Shown here: positions 41,373 through 51,199 of the stretch, one piece after another
Layout of the letters: each line of letters starts with the position of its first letter
How positions within the stretch are numbered: position 1 is the stretch's first letter
From: Minisyncoccia bacterium
GTDB lineage: Bacteria > Patescibacteriota > Minisyncoccia > UBA6257 > JAAZHW01
NCBI GenBank assembly: GCA_049720475.1
Contig: JBNASH010000036.1
Location: 65,339-129,338 of the forward strand
Length of the DNA: 64,000 nt
Reading direction: 5' to 3'
Program-made: the position numbers and the translations under genes
The notes under the pieces: model-generated
Database searches by the model: none
The model's input: the letters and a program-made list of their open reading frames with translations, nothing else
What the model was told of the DNA's origin: nothing

Positions 41373-42506
41373 ATGTCTCGCTCAACTATTACTACAGCTT
41401 TTATATCTATTGTTAGCCTATTAGTATTAGGAGGGTTGTTTATTTTAACCAGCGCCTCGATGATTTTGGGAAGAACTAATTTCGGTGATCCTTACTATTA
41501 TGTGAAGCAGCAAATTTTAAAAGGACTTATTTTGGGAATTGTTGGTTTCTGCCTTGCCTTTTTAATACCTTATAAAAAATACAAAAAATTAATCCCTTTA
41601 TTTTTCATCGCTTCTATTATTTTAACTATTTTAGTTTTTACGCCGCTGGGGCTAGAAATAAACAACGCAAGACGATGGCTAGAGCTTGGTTTTTTATCTT
41701 TTCAGCCGGCCGAGTTTTTAAAAGTATGTTTTATTTTATATCTGAGCCTCTGGCTTTCTCACAAAAATCAAAAGGAGAAAAATTCTATTACTACAATTAT
41801 CGCTTTTATCTCAATGCTCGCTGTTATTGGGGCAATTATGCTATTGCAGCACGCCACGAGTTCTTATTTAATATTAGCAGCCTCCGCTGGAATAGTATTT
41901 TTTGTTAGCGGCGTCAAATTAAAAAATATTTTTATATTTTTCCTTATTATTATCGTTCTATTAGCATCTTTTTTTATAATTTTGAAAAAGGTAAATCCGA
42001 ATGACTACAGAATCCAAAGAATTGACCGTTTTATCTCTTTTTTCCAAAACCAACACAATCCTGAAATAAAAGACGCTCAAGATAAAAATTATCAATTAAC
42101 TCAATCCCTGATGGCTATTGGGTCTGGAGGTTTAAAAGGTGTTGGCTTTGGAAATGCGGTTAGCAAATACAATAATTATTTACCAGAACCTATTGGCGAT
42201 TCAATTTTTGCGATTTTTGCCCAAGAATTTGGATTAATAGGCTGTTTTATTCTTATTTTGCTTTATTTACTATTGCTTCTTTTTGGTTTAAAAATCAGTC
42301 TAAATACCTCCGACGAGTTTGCTAAACTAGCCTCTTTTGGAATTGTATCTTTAATATTAATTCAAACCTTTGTCCATATTGGAGCAATTTCTGGACTTTT
42401 GGTTTTAACTGGACAACCTTTGCCTTTAATAAGTTATGGTGGCACAAATTTAGCAATTATTTTGACATCTTTAGGAATAGTTGCTAATATATCTAAAAAT
42501 GGGTGA
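41373..42506 (+). CDS. ftsW: peptidoglycan glycosyltransferase FtsW/RodA (SEDS family)
   Basis: RWLELGFLSFQPAEFLK, GSGGLKGVGFGN, PEPIGDSIFA. Confidence 0.85.
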   Translation: MSRSTITTAFISIVSLLVLGGLFILTSASMILGRTNFGDPYYYVKQQILKGLILGIVGFCLAFLIPYKKYKKLIPLFFIASIILTILVFTPLGLEINNARRWLELGFLSFQPAEFLKVCFILYLSLWLSHKNQKEKNSITTIIAFISMLAVIGAIMLLQHATSSYLILAASAGIVFFVSGVKLKNIFIFFLIIIVLLASFFIILKKVNPNDYRIQRIDRFISFFQNQHNPEIKDAQDKNYQLTQSLMAIGSGGLKGVGFGNAVSKYNNYLPEPIGDSIFAIFAQEFGLIGCFILILLYLLLLLFGLKISLNTSDEFAKLASFGIVSLILIQTFVHIGAISGLLVLTGQPLPLISYGGTNLAIILTSLGIVANISKNG

Positions 42507-42518
42507 AAAATTAATAAT

Positions 42519-43694
42519 ATGCCAAAAGAAATTAATTTAAGAGAATTAAGATTAAAAGTTGCATTAGCCGGCGGAGGAACTGGTGGTCATACTTATCCAT
42601 TAATTGCTGTATTTCGAAAATTAAAAAAAATTTGTGAAGGTCATTTAGTAATTCTAGATTCTTTTTATATCGGTCCTGACACGTTTAACGAAGAAATTTT
42701 TACCAAAGAAGGTATAAAAGTTGTTAAAATTACGAGTGGAAAATGGCGCGCTTATTTTTCACCATTAAATTTTATAGATATTTTTAAATTGATAATTGGG
42801 ATTTTTCAGGCCTTCTTTAAATTATGGAAGAATATGCCGGACATAATTTTTAGTAAAGGCGGGTATGGAGCGCTTCCTACAGTAATTGCTGGTTATTTTT
42901 TAGGAATTCCCATTGTTATTCATGAATCCGATGCTGTGCCCGGTAAAAGCAATAAAATTGCGGCGGCTTTTGCCAGAAAGGTGGCTTTAGCATTTGAAAC
43001 AGCAAAACAATATTTTTTACCTGAAAAAACAGTTGTTGTGGGTAATCCCGTTCGCGATTCAATACTGCATAATAACATCCCTCAAGAAGAAGGAAAAAAA
43101 TATTTTGGTTTTCTGCCAGATAAACCCTTAGTTTTGTTTCTTGGGGGATCGCAAGGCAGCCAAAGAATTAATGATTTGGTTTTAGATAGTATCGAAATGC
43201 TTTTAAAGAATGACGTTCAAATTCTTCATCAAACTGGTTCAAAAAATTATAAAGAGATATTTCTTGAATCGAAATTAATTTTGGAGTTTTTACCAGAACC
43301 ATACACTAAATTTTATCAAGTGCGAGACTTTCTTAATGAAAAAGATTATTTACATGCTTTAGCGGCTGCTGATTTAATCGTTTCTCGGGCTGGCAGTGGA
43401 GCAATCTTTGAAATTGCCGCCGCTAAAAAACCTTCTATTCTGATTCCATTGCCGGAAGCTGCACATAATCATCAACATCTTAATGCCATCGAATATGCCC
43501 GTTTTAACGCCGCAATTATTTTAGAAGAAAAAAATGCGACGCCCAATTTATTAGTAAAAAAAATACTTGACATCTTAAATGATTCAAATCAAAAAGCTTT
43601 AATGATAAACGGTGCTAAACTCTTTATTAAAAAAGACGCCGCAGAAGAAATAAGTAAAATTATTTTTGAAACACTGCAAATTGATTTTGAATAA
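42519..43694 (+). CDS. murG: UDP-GlcNAc:undecaprenyl-PP-MurNAc-pentapeptide GlcNAc transferase
   Basis: LAGGGTGGHTYPLIAV (the G-loop). Confidence 0.85.
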   Translation: MPKEINLRELRLKVALAGGGTGGHTYPLIAVFRKLKKICEGHLVILDSFYIGPDTFNEEIFTKEGIKVVKITSGKWRAYFSPLNFIDIFKLIIGIFQAFFKLWKNMPDIIFSKGGYGALPTVIAGYFLGIPIVIHESDAVPGKSNKIAAAFARKVALAFETAKQYFLPEKTVVVGNPVRDSILHNNIPQEEGKKYFGFLPDKPLVLFLGGSQGSQRINDLVLDSIEMLLKNDVQILHQTGSKNYKEIFLESKLILEFLPEPYTKFYQVRDFLNEKDYLHALAAADLIVSRAGSGAIFEIAAAKKPSILIPLPEAAHNHQHLNAIEYARFNAAIILEEKNATPNLLVKKILDILNDSNQKALMINGAKLFIKKDAAEEISKIIFETLQIDFE

Positions 43695-43695
43695 T

Positions 43696-45192
43696 ATGGT
43701 CCCAACAAAACAAAAAACAATTAAAAATCCTCGAGTGCGCATAGCCCCTTCACCAACCGGCTATTTCCATATTGGCACGGCACGTACAGCTTTATTCAAC
43801 TTTCTTGTTGCTAGAAAGTATGGCGGGAAATTTATTTTAAGAATTGAGGATACAGATATTGAACGCTCGAAGCCAGAATTTGAAAAAGATATTATCGACA
43901 ATATGAAGTGGTTGGGTTTATTATGGGACGAAGGAGTAGAAATTGGCGGAGAATATGGCCCTTATCGTCAAAGCGAAAAAAAAGAGATATACAAAAAATA
44001 TCTTAAGGAATTAATTAATAAAGGATTTGCTTACTATTGTTTCTGCACTCCCGAAGAATTGGAAATTAAACGCCAGGAAATGATGAGTAGGGGAGTAACG
44101 CCAATTTATGATGGCACCTGCCGTAATTTATCAGCAAAAGAAGTTGAAGAGAAATTAAAAAAAGGCACGCCATTCGTCATTCGTTTAAAAATGCCCTCCA
44201 AAGAATTTATTGTAAATGATTTAATTCGCGGAAGGGTTAAATTTGATGGGAAATTAATTGGGGACTTTATCATTGCTAAAGATTTACAAAACCCACTCTA
44301 TAATTTTAGCGTTGTTGTTGATGATTATGAAATGAAAATTACTCATGTTATTCGCGGTGAAGAACATTTGTCTAATACACCAAAACAACTTGCTATTTAT
44401 GAGGCTTTCGGTTGGTCACCGCCAGAATTTGCTCATCTGCCGCTCATTCTTAATCCCGACAGAAGTAAAATGTCCAAAAGATTTGGTGATGTTGCGCTTA
44501 AAGATTTTCGTAAGAAAGGATATCTACCACAAGCAATTCTTAACTTTTTACTTTATTTGGGTTGGCATCCTAAAGAAGAAATTGGCAAACCAATTAATGA
44601 AATTCTTGATTTGGAAGAAATGATAGAACAGTTCGATTTCTTTCGCATTCAGAAAGCTGGTGCTGTTTTTAATATAGAAAAGCTGAATTGGATTAATACA
44701 GAGCATATTAAAAGATTATCTCTTGACGAATTAACTGCTCAAATAATGCCATTTTTAAAAGAAAAATTTGGGGAAGCGCTTTTAACAGATTTAGAATTAA
44801 TTAAAAAAGTTGTTGATCTGCATCGGCAAAGAATAAAAACATTAAATGAACTGCCAATCATTGCCTCATATTTTTTTGTCTTACCAGATTACGATGAAGA
44901 ATTACTTTATTGGCAAAACATGACAAAAGACCAATTGATAGATAATCTTGACTTTTTGTATAATTTATTATCTAATTTAGATCCTAAATTATTTACAAAG
45001 CAACAATTAGAAGCGTTAATTATGCCAGAAGCCGAAAAAAGAGGTAGGGGAACGATTTTATGGCCATTAAGAGTGGCGCTGAGTGGCTTAAAAAATTCTG
45101 CTGGTCCTTTTGAAATTGCGGAAATTTTGGGTAAAACTGAAACATTAAGACGTTTAAATTTAGCTCGAGAAAAAGTAAAAAATAGCGACTAA
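43696..45192 (+). CDS. gltX: glutamyl-tRNA synthetase
   Basis: RIAPSPTGYFHIGTARTALFN (the HIGH motif) and KMSKR. The start is set at MVPTKQK; the ORF extends to 43666. Confidence 0.9.
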   Translation: MVPTKQKTIKNPRVRIAPSPTGYFHIGTARTALFNFLVARKYGGKFILRIEDTDIERSKPEFEKDIIDNMKWLGLLWDEGVEIGGEYGPYRQSEKKEIYKKYLKELINKGFAYYCFCTPEELEIKRQEMMSRGVTPIYDGTCRNLSAKEVEEKLKKGTPFVIRLKMPSKEFIVNDLIRGRVKFDGKLIGDFIIAKDLQNPLYNFSVVVDDYEMKITHVIRGEEHLSNTPKQLAIYEAFGWSPPEFAHLPLILNPDRSKMSKRFGDVALKDFRKKGYLPQAILNFLLYLGWHPKEEIGKPINEILDLEEMIEQFDFFRIQKAGAVFNIEKLNWINTEHIKRLSLDELTAQIMPFLKEKFGEALLTDLELIKKVVDLHRQRIKTLNELPIIASYFFVLPDYDEELLYWQNMTKDQLIDNLDFLYNLLSNLDPKLFTKQQLEALIMPEAEKRGRGTILWPLRVALSGLKNSAGPFEIAEILGKTETLRRLNLAREKVKNSD

Positions 45193-45194
45193 TA

Positions 45195-46463
45195 ATGTTT
45201 AAATTTATTAAAAAAATAAAAATATTTTTGGTTATTTTTCTAATCTTGATTTTTAATTTAAATTCTGTATCCGCCATCACTTATCAAGAACTTCAAAAAC
45301 AAATTGATGCTAAAAAAAATGAGATTAATCGATTAATTCAACAGGCGGAAATTTATAATGCTGAACTAGAAAAAACGCAGGCAGCGTCTAGAACTTTAAG
45401 TAACGAGATTAAAAAAATTCAAAGTAACTTAAATAATATTAATTACAAAATAAAAATTAACGAAATCCAAATTGAAAAATTAACTCTGGAGTTGGAACAA
45501 CTAGAAATGGATATTGGCAATACCAGCGAAGAAATTAAGATTAAAAAAGATATTTTGGCTAAAACATTGCAAACACTTTACGAAAAAAATAAAGAATTGG
45601 ATCCTCTCATAATTGTTTTAAAAAATGTTAAAATATCCGATGCTCTTTCAGAAATTAATAATATCCAAAATATTAGCGTTAACTTACAAATTACTCTCGA
45701 CGAATTGGAAAATTTAAAAGAAAATTTAACCAATAAGCAAACCGATACTAATCGCAAAAAACAAGAACTGGAACAAGTAAGGATTAATCTTAATAACCAA
45801 AAAAGAATTGTTTTAGCCCTCCAAGATGAAAAAACAACCCTTTTAAATAAAACTAAAAATCAGGAAAAAAACTATCAAACTTTATTAGAAAATATTGAGA
45901 AACAAAGAGCAGAGATTGAATTAGAAATATCACGACTGGAAGAAGCCCTGAAAGCTCAAATTGATCCTTCGTTATTACCATCAGCCAGGCCGGGTTTACT
46001 TTTATGGCCAGTAAGCAATCCTGTTATTACCCAAGGATTCGGAGTCACAAGCGCTTCCAAATATTTTTATAATATTGGCCGCTATAAAACCCCAACACAT
46101 AATGGAATTGATTTAAAAGCTAGCATTGGCACACCAATTTATGCCGCAGAAGACGGAGAAGTGGTTGCGGTCGGAAATCAAGATTTATACTGTTATAAAG
46201 GAGCTTACGGAAAATTTATTGTTATTAGGCATTACAATAATTTAACAACTCTTTATGCACATCTTTCATTGCAAACAGTTAAAAAAGGCGATATAGTAAA
46301 AAGAGGAGACATTATAGGATATAGCGGAAGTTCGGGCTTTGCCACTGGTCCGCACCTACATTTTACCGTTTATTTTTCTCCAACTTTTCAAATGACAAGT
46401 AGTGCTTCCTGTGGCCCGATGCCTATTGGCGCTCCAGTCAACCCACTTCCATATCTTCAATAA
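45195..46463 (+). CDS. M23 family metallopeptidase with an N-terminal coiled-coil (EnvC-like)
   Basis: Signal peptide, a long coiled coil, HNGIDLKA, GPHLHFTVY. Confidence 0.8.
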   Translation: MFKFIKKIKIFLVIFLILIFNLNSVSAITYQELQKQIDAKKNEINRLIQQAEIYNAELEKTQAASRTLSNEIKKIQSNLNNINYKIKINEIQIEKLTLELEQLEMDIGNTSEEIKIKKDILAKTLQTLYEKNKELDPLIIVLKNVKISDALSEINNIQNISVNLQITLDELENLKENLTNKQTDTNRKKQELEQVRINLNNQKRIVLALQDEKTTLLNKTKNQEKNYQTLLENIEKQRAEIELEISRLEEALKAQIDPSLLPSARPGLLLWPVSNPVITQGFGVTSASKYFYNIGRYKTPTHNGIDLKASIGTPIYAAEDGEVVAVGNQDLYCYKGAYGKFIVIRHYNNLTTLYAHLSLQTVKKGDIVKRGDIIGYSGSSGFATGPHLHFTVYFSPTFQMTSSASCGPMPIGAPVNPLPYLQ

Positions 46464-46493
46464 AAATTGTGCGACATATAATTAAATTATAAT

Positions 46494-46910
46494 ATGTTGA
46501 ACAAATATAAACCTATAATTTTTCTTTTCGTTATATCTTTATTTATTCTAATAAACATTCCGACAGTTCAATCCCAAAACGCTACTAATTCACAAACAAC
46601 AATAACAAGCTCCTGGTATAATTTATTGCCCAATTTTATTAAAAATTTTATTCGTAATATAACCAATTTTTCTGAAGAAAAATTAACTCCAGCCATAAAC
46701 AATAAAGTTGGCGATATAATAAACAATCCTGGATCCCAATCAACCCAACAAACATTTTTTGATAAAATTAAAAGCCGTCTTTCAAATCTATCCCAAGAAA
46801 TTAATAACTTTTTTAAATTAGATGTAGGCAGCGCATTCCAGAAAATAATGAATTTATTCATATACGGCTTTAATAAAGGAGTAGAGTTTATTAAAAACTT
46901 ATTTTCTTAG
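46494..46910 (+). CDS. small secreted or membrane-anchored hypothetical protein
   Basis: N-terminal signal/TM (IIFLFVISLFILINIPTVQS); Asn- and Ser-rich. Confidence 0.4.
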   Translation: MLNKYKPIIFLFVISLFILINIPTVQSQNATNSQTTITSSWYNLLPNFIKNFIRNITNFSEEKLTPAINNKVGDIINNPGSQSTQQTFFDKIKSRLSNLSQEINNFFKLDVGSAFQKIMNLFIYGFNKGVEFIKNLFS

Positions 46911-47147
46911 CAAAAATTAATTTTTAACAAAACCGCCTTTAAAATTGTCTTATATTTATGCCTGATTTTTTAAGAGAAAAAGCTGATTTTGGCATATTTC
47001 CTTAAATATACGTCGCAAAAGATACCTTGTGCGACATATTGCAAATTTAGCAATTTCAATTCCCCAACAAATAAGATGGGATATTTTTTATAAATAATTT
47101 AAAAATGGCCTTTATAATTTTATTTTTATTTTTATAATTAATTAGAT

Positions 47148-48320
47148 ATGAGAACTTCCTATTCTAATCTTGAAATATTTGAAAATTGTCCAAAACGTTA
47201 CGAATTTCAAGTGATTGATAAAATTAAAGCTCCCACCACCAAAGAGCAATTTTTGGGCACTCTATTGCATAAAAGCTTGGCTTTTTTGTACAAAAAAGCA
47301 CCTCTCTTTCCCCATCTTGATGAATTGTTGGATTATTTTCGTGTCCAATGGAAAGAAGCCGATAAAATTAAATGGCGAAATAATGAGGAAAAAGAAAATT
47401 ATTTTAAAGAAGGTCTGAGAATTTTGGAGAGTTTTTATAAAAAGAATATCCCCTCTTTCTCTATTCCTCTGGCTTTAGAGAGTTATTTTGAAACTGAAAT
47501 TGAAGACGAACAAAATAATACAACTCATATTGTTACCGGTCGCATTGATCGCATTGATAAAAAAGAAGATGAGACTTTCGAAATAATTGATTATAAAACC
47601 AGCAAAAAAATGCCTTCGGAAGATAGTTTAACAAATAACTTACAATTAGCGGTTTATATTTTAGGTTTTTTAAAAAAATGGCCCCATTTAACTTCAATTG
47701 ATAAAATAAATCTTACTCTTTACTATCTTAAACACGGTGAATATCTTACCGGCAAAAAAACGGAAAATGACATTTCTCTTACAAAAAAACGCATTCTAAA
47801 GAATATTCATGAAATCGAAAAGAATTATTTCCCGCCTATCCCCTCAAAATTATGCAATTCCTGTCCTTATCGGAAAATCTGTCCAATGTGGTCTCATTTG
47901 TATCAAAAAGAAAAAACGCCAGAAGAGGTAGAAATTAAAAAGTTAATTTCCGAATATTTTAAATTAAAAGAAGAGGCTGATAATAATAAAATTAAGCTCG
48001 AGCAAATTAAAAAAGAAATAAATCGCTATGCCGAAGAAAAACAATTGGGACGAATTTTTGGTGAAGAAGGATTTTTTGCTTATCAAACTCAGCAGATTAA
48101 AGAATATGATATGGAAAAATTAAAAAATTTGCTGATTAAAACTAATTTATGGAATGAGGTATCGATGTTGGATAAAAAAAGATTAGAAAAGCTATTAAAA
48201 AAATTAGATTCTTCTCTTCTCCAGCAAATTGAGCAATTGCAAAAAGTAAAAAATCGCAAAGTTCTCAAAGCATTCAAAAAAGATATTGCAATAATAAAAA
48301 AGACTCTTGAAGAAGAATAA
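47148..48320 (+). CDS. PD-(D/E)xK nuclease with Cas4/AddB-like Fe-S cysteines and a C-terminal coiled-coil extension
   Basis: N-terminal C in ENCPKRYEF; GRIDRID...EIIDYKTSKK (D...ExK); C-terminal CNSCPYRKIC (Cx2Cx5C). Confidence 0.55.
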   Translation: MRTSYSNLEIFENCPKRYEFQVIDKIKAPTTKEQFLGTLLHKSLAFLYKKAPLFPHLDELLDYFRVQWKEADKIKWRNNEEKENYFKEGLRILESFYKKNIPSFSIPLALESYFETEIEDEQNNTTHIVTGRIDRIDKKEDETFEIIDYKTSKKMPSEDSLTNNLQLAVYILGFLKKWPHLTSIDKINLTLYYLKHGEYLTGKKTENDISLTKKRILKNIHEIEKNYFPPIPSKLCNSCPYRKICPMWSHLYQKEKTPEEVEIKKLISEYFKLKEEADNNKIKLEQIKKEINRYAEEKQLGRIFGEEGFFAYQTQQIKEYDMEKLKNLLIKTNLWNEVSMLDKKRLEKLLKKLDSSLLQQIEQLQKVKNRKVLKAFKKDIAIIKKTLEEE

Positions 48321-48325
48321 ATTTA

Positions 48326-48481
48326 ATTAGAACACTTCTCAATAATAATTGGTGTTTTTTGGACAAAATTTACCGCGAACAAATAACCCAGAGCAAAACT
48401 AATTGTCACAATTAAAAAAATAAAAACTGCGATAATAATTACTTTTTTATTGTTGGCAAAAAATTCTTTGATTTGCATTTT
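48326..48481 (-). CDS. possible 51-aa single-TM small protein (below the ORF-track cutoff)
   Basis: MQIKEFFANNKKVIIIAVFIFLIVTISFALGYLFAVNFVQKTPIIIEKCSN, found by manual translation. No other support. Confidence 0.2.
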
Positions 48482-48553
48482 TTTAAAAAATATTTAAAAT
48501 ATTTCTTTAAAGTTAAAGATGGTCGCTATTCGTTTATATTATAATAAATCTTT

Positions 48554-48826
48554 ATGGCTCATACAAAATCCGGTGGTTCAACAAGATTAGGAAGAGATTC
48601 CGAAGCAAAACGTTTAGGAGTTAAATTATTCGATGGCCAAAAAGCCAAAAAAGGAGCTATTATTGTTCGCCAAAGAGGAGAAAGAATTAAAGCAGGAAAA
48701 AATGTTGGTGTTGGTAAAGATTATACTCTCTACGCCTTAAAAGAAGGCATTGTTAAATTTTCAGAAAAACAAAAAGTTAATTTTGATGGTTCCAAAAAGA
48801 GAGTGAAAGTTGTCTCTGTTATTTAA
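48554..48826 (+). CDS. rpmA: 50S ribosomal protein L27
   Basis: [24 protein letters not shown]...GKDYTLYA. Confidence 0.9.
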   Translation: MAHTKSGGSTRLGRDSEAKRLGVKLFDGQKAKKGAIIVRQRGERIKAGKNVGVGKDYTLYALKEGIVKFSEKQKVNFDGSKKRVKVVSVI

Positions 48827-49269
48827 TTTAATGGCGTTATTTTGATTTTTAATTCAGTCTCTATTTCGGGACTGAATTTTATTTTTATTACATACTCCCC
48901 TACTTCCTTGAATGGTTTATCTAAAACAATTTGTTTTTCTTTTATATCAAAACCACGTTTATTTAATTGTTCAATAATTTCTTCTTTATGTAAAGAGCCA
49001 AATAACTTGCCTTTTTCATCTGCTTTAATTTTAAATTCTATTAGCTCGCTTTTTAATCTCTTTGCCCATTCTCTAAATTTTTTTTCTTGCTGTTCTTTGA
49101 TGAAAGCTTCTTGTTTTTTCAGAAGTTCGATTTGATGTATTTTTTCTGGTGTAGCAATAACTGCCATTTTTCTGGGGATCAAAAAATTGCGGGCATAACC
49201 ATCTGCCACCTCTTTAATTTCGTTTTTCTTCCCTAATTTCGGGACATCAACCAACAAAACAACCTTCAT
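48823..49269 (-). CDS. rplI: 50S ribosomal protein L9
   Basis: [36 protein letters not shown]. Confidence 0.85.
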   Translation of the reverse strand: MKVVLLVDVPKLGKKNEIKEVADGYARNFLIPRKMAVIATPEKIHQIELLKKQEAFIKEQQEKKFREWAKRLKSELIEFKIKADEKGKLFGSLHKEEIIEQLNKRGFDIKEKQIVLDKPFKEVGEYVIKIKFSPEIETELKIKITPLN

Positions 49270-49272
49270 AAT

Positions 49273-50559
49273 TTATTTATTGATAAGAGATTTTATAACT
49301 TCTAAAGCTTTTTCTAGTTGTAAATCTTTCTCACTTTCAGGAGATGCATTCTCATCGTTTTTAACTTCATAATCTGGCTCTAATCCCTTTTCATTAATTT
49401 GATGTCCATCAGGAGTTAACCATTCAGCGATAGTAATTTTTACCATTGAATTATCAGTTAATGGTAAAAGGGTTTGAACAGAACCCTTGCCAAAAGTTTT
49501 GACACCTACTAATTTAATACCACGTAAATCTCTTAAAGCACCGGCTAAAATTTCAGCAGCCGAAGCAGAACCTTCATTCACTAATATAACCACCGGCATA
49601 TTAATAAACATTTGATTGCCGGTCGCTTTAAAAACCTGTTCTCGATTATCCCTTTCTCTTTCTCGCACAACAACATCACCCCGTTTTACAAACCAACCTG
49701 CTATTTCCACCGCCTTATCTAAATAACCGCCAGGATTATTTCTCAAATCCAAAATAATACCTGGCGAATTCTTCATAATTATTTGGGTTGCTGCTCGATA
49801 AAATTCGAAAGAAACATTTTCGGTGAAACTTAATAATTTAAGATGGGCGATATTGTTTTCTAAAAAATTAATTTTTACTGCTGGTATGTTAATAATATCC
49901 CTAACAATAGTAAAGTCTTTTGGTTGGTCAAAACCATCACGCATAATCTTCAAAGTCACCGACGTTCCTTTTTCTCCTCTAATCTTTTTTACCGCCTCAT
50001 CGACACTAAGGCTATCTGTAGCTTCATCATTAATAGCTAAAATTTTATCACCGGCTTTAATCCCTGCCTTCCAAGCAGGCGTATCCTCCAATGGTGAAAT
50101 CACTACTAAAAAATTGTCTCTCTTCCCTATCTCAATTCCTACTCCTCCAAAACTACCACTAACATCCTCCGTAAATTTTTTGGCATCATCAGGTTTAAAA
50201 AATACAGTGTAAGGGTCGCCCAATGAATCTACCATTCCTTTAATTGCCCCGTATACCATTTCCTGAGGATTCAATTTCTCAGATTTCAAAAAATATGCCT
50301 GGACATAACGCCACGCATCCCAAAATAAAGAAAAATCTACACCCTCGGGTTTATTTAGATCAGCATTTTTTATTCCCTCAATTGGTACAGTATAAACTTG
50401 GCTTTTTTGACCAATCTGCAAACCAGCAATAAACGCCCCACAAATTAAAATAATAACAATCGCAATTATTAAAGGCTTTTTAAAATTTTTGCTTTTTTCT
50501 TTTTGTTGCTGACGATAGCGCTGATACAAATCTTTTATCTTATTCACAAATTTTTTCAT
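49273..50559 (-). CDS. ctpA: carboxyl-terminal processing protease (S41) with a PDZ domain
   Basis: TM anchor; PDZ domain (GIEIG..DNFLVVISPLEDTPAWKAGIKAGDKILAIN); VILVNEGSASAAEILAGAL. Confidence 0.85.
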   Translation of the reverse strand: MKKFVNKIKDLYQRYRQQQKEKSKNFKKPLIIAIVIILICGAFIAGLQIGQKSQVYTVPIEGIKNADLNKPEGVDFSLFWDAWRYVQAYFLKSEKLNPQEMVYGAIKGMVDSLGDPYTVFFKPDDAKKFTEDVSGSFGGVGIEIGKRDNFLVVISPLEDTPAWKAGIKAGDKILAINDEATDSLSVDEAVKKIRGEKGTSVTLKIMRDGFDQPKDFTIVRDIINIPAVKINFLENNIAHLKLLSFTENVSFEFYRAATQIIMKNSPGIILDLRNNPGGYLDKAVEIAGWFVKRGDVVVRERERDNREQVFKATGNQMFINMPVVILVNEGSASAAEILAGALRDLRGIKLVGVKTFGKGSVQTLLPLTDNSMVKITIAEWLTPDGHQINEKGLEPDYEVKNDENASPESEKDLQLEKALEVIKSLINK

Positions 50560-50597
50560 ATTTTTTTATTATAAATTTTTTATTGTTTTTTTCAAAT

Positions 50598-51140
50598 TTA
50601 TTTAAGTACGAATCTTTTAAGGGGCGTGTAAACGGCGTGAGGTTTTTGTAATTTGCTTTCCATAAGAAATATTTCATTGGTTTTAAAATGTAACGGAAAA
50701 GAAATGTTTTTAAATGCTAAACGGGTCGGCTCAAAACGAGCTAGCGTTATATGCAATTTCATTTTTCTGTTTTCTCTTTGAAAGTTAATCCCCTTTTCAA
50801 CTAGTTTTGTTTCAAGTTCGTTTTTTGCTTTTTCCAAAAATTCATTATTTTCAAAATTTAACCAAAGCATTCTGGCATAATCATTGCTGGGCGCGACAGA
50901 AATATCTGTTGCATATAAATCAACCGGCGGAATTTGACCAAAAACTTCCTCGCTGATGTTTAAAATAATAGGAAGATCGTCCATTAAAATACTGCCCAAA
51001 AATAGAATAGTTAAATGAAGATTGTCTTTTGGAGTATATTTAACATTAATTGGCAAGGGAATTTCTTTGACTTGCCTTTCAATTTTATCTTTTAATGAGT
51101 CGGGTAGATTAATCGCAAAAAACAATCGTAAGCTTTCCAT
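50598..51140 (-). CDS. thpR: RNA 2',3'-cyclic phosphodiesterase (2H family, LigT/ThpR)
   Basis: Two H-x-T/S-x motifs, HLTILFLG and HITLARF. Confidence 0.7.
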   Translation of the reverse strand: MESLRLFFAINLPDSLKDKIERQVKEIPLPINVKYTPKDNLHLTILFLGSILMDDLPIILNISEEVFGQIPPVDLYATDISVAPSNDYARMLWLNFENNEFLEKAKNELETKLVEKGINFQRENRKMKLHITLARFEPTRLAFKNISFPLHFKTNEIFLMESKLQKPHAVYTPLKRFVLK

Positions 51141-51199
51141 AATAAATTCATTTTAATTTTTATTTTTCCTTTTGTCCATTTTCAGTATAATAAATATGT

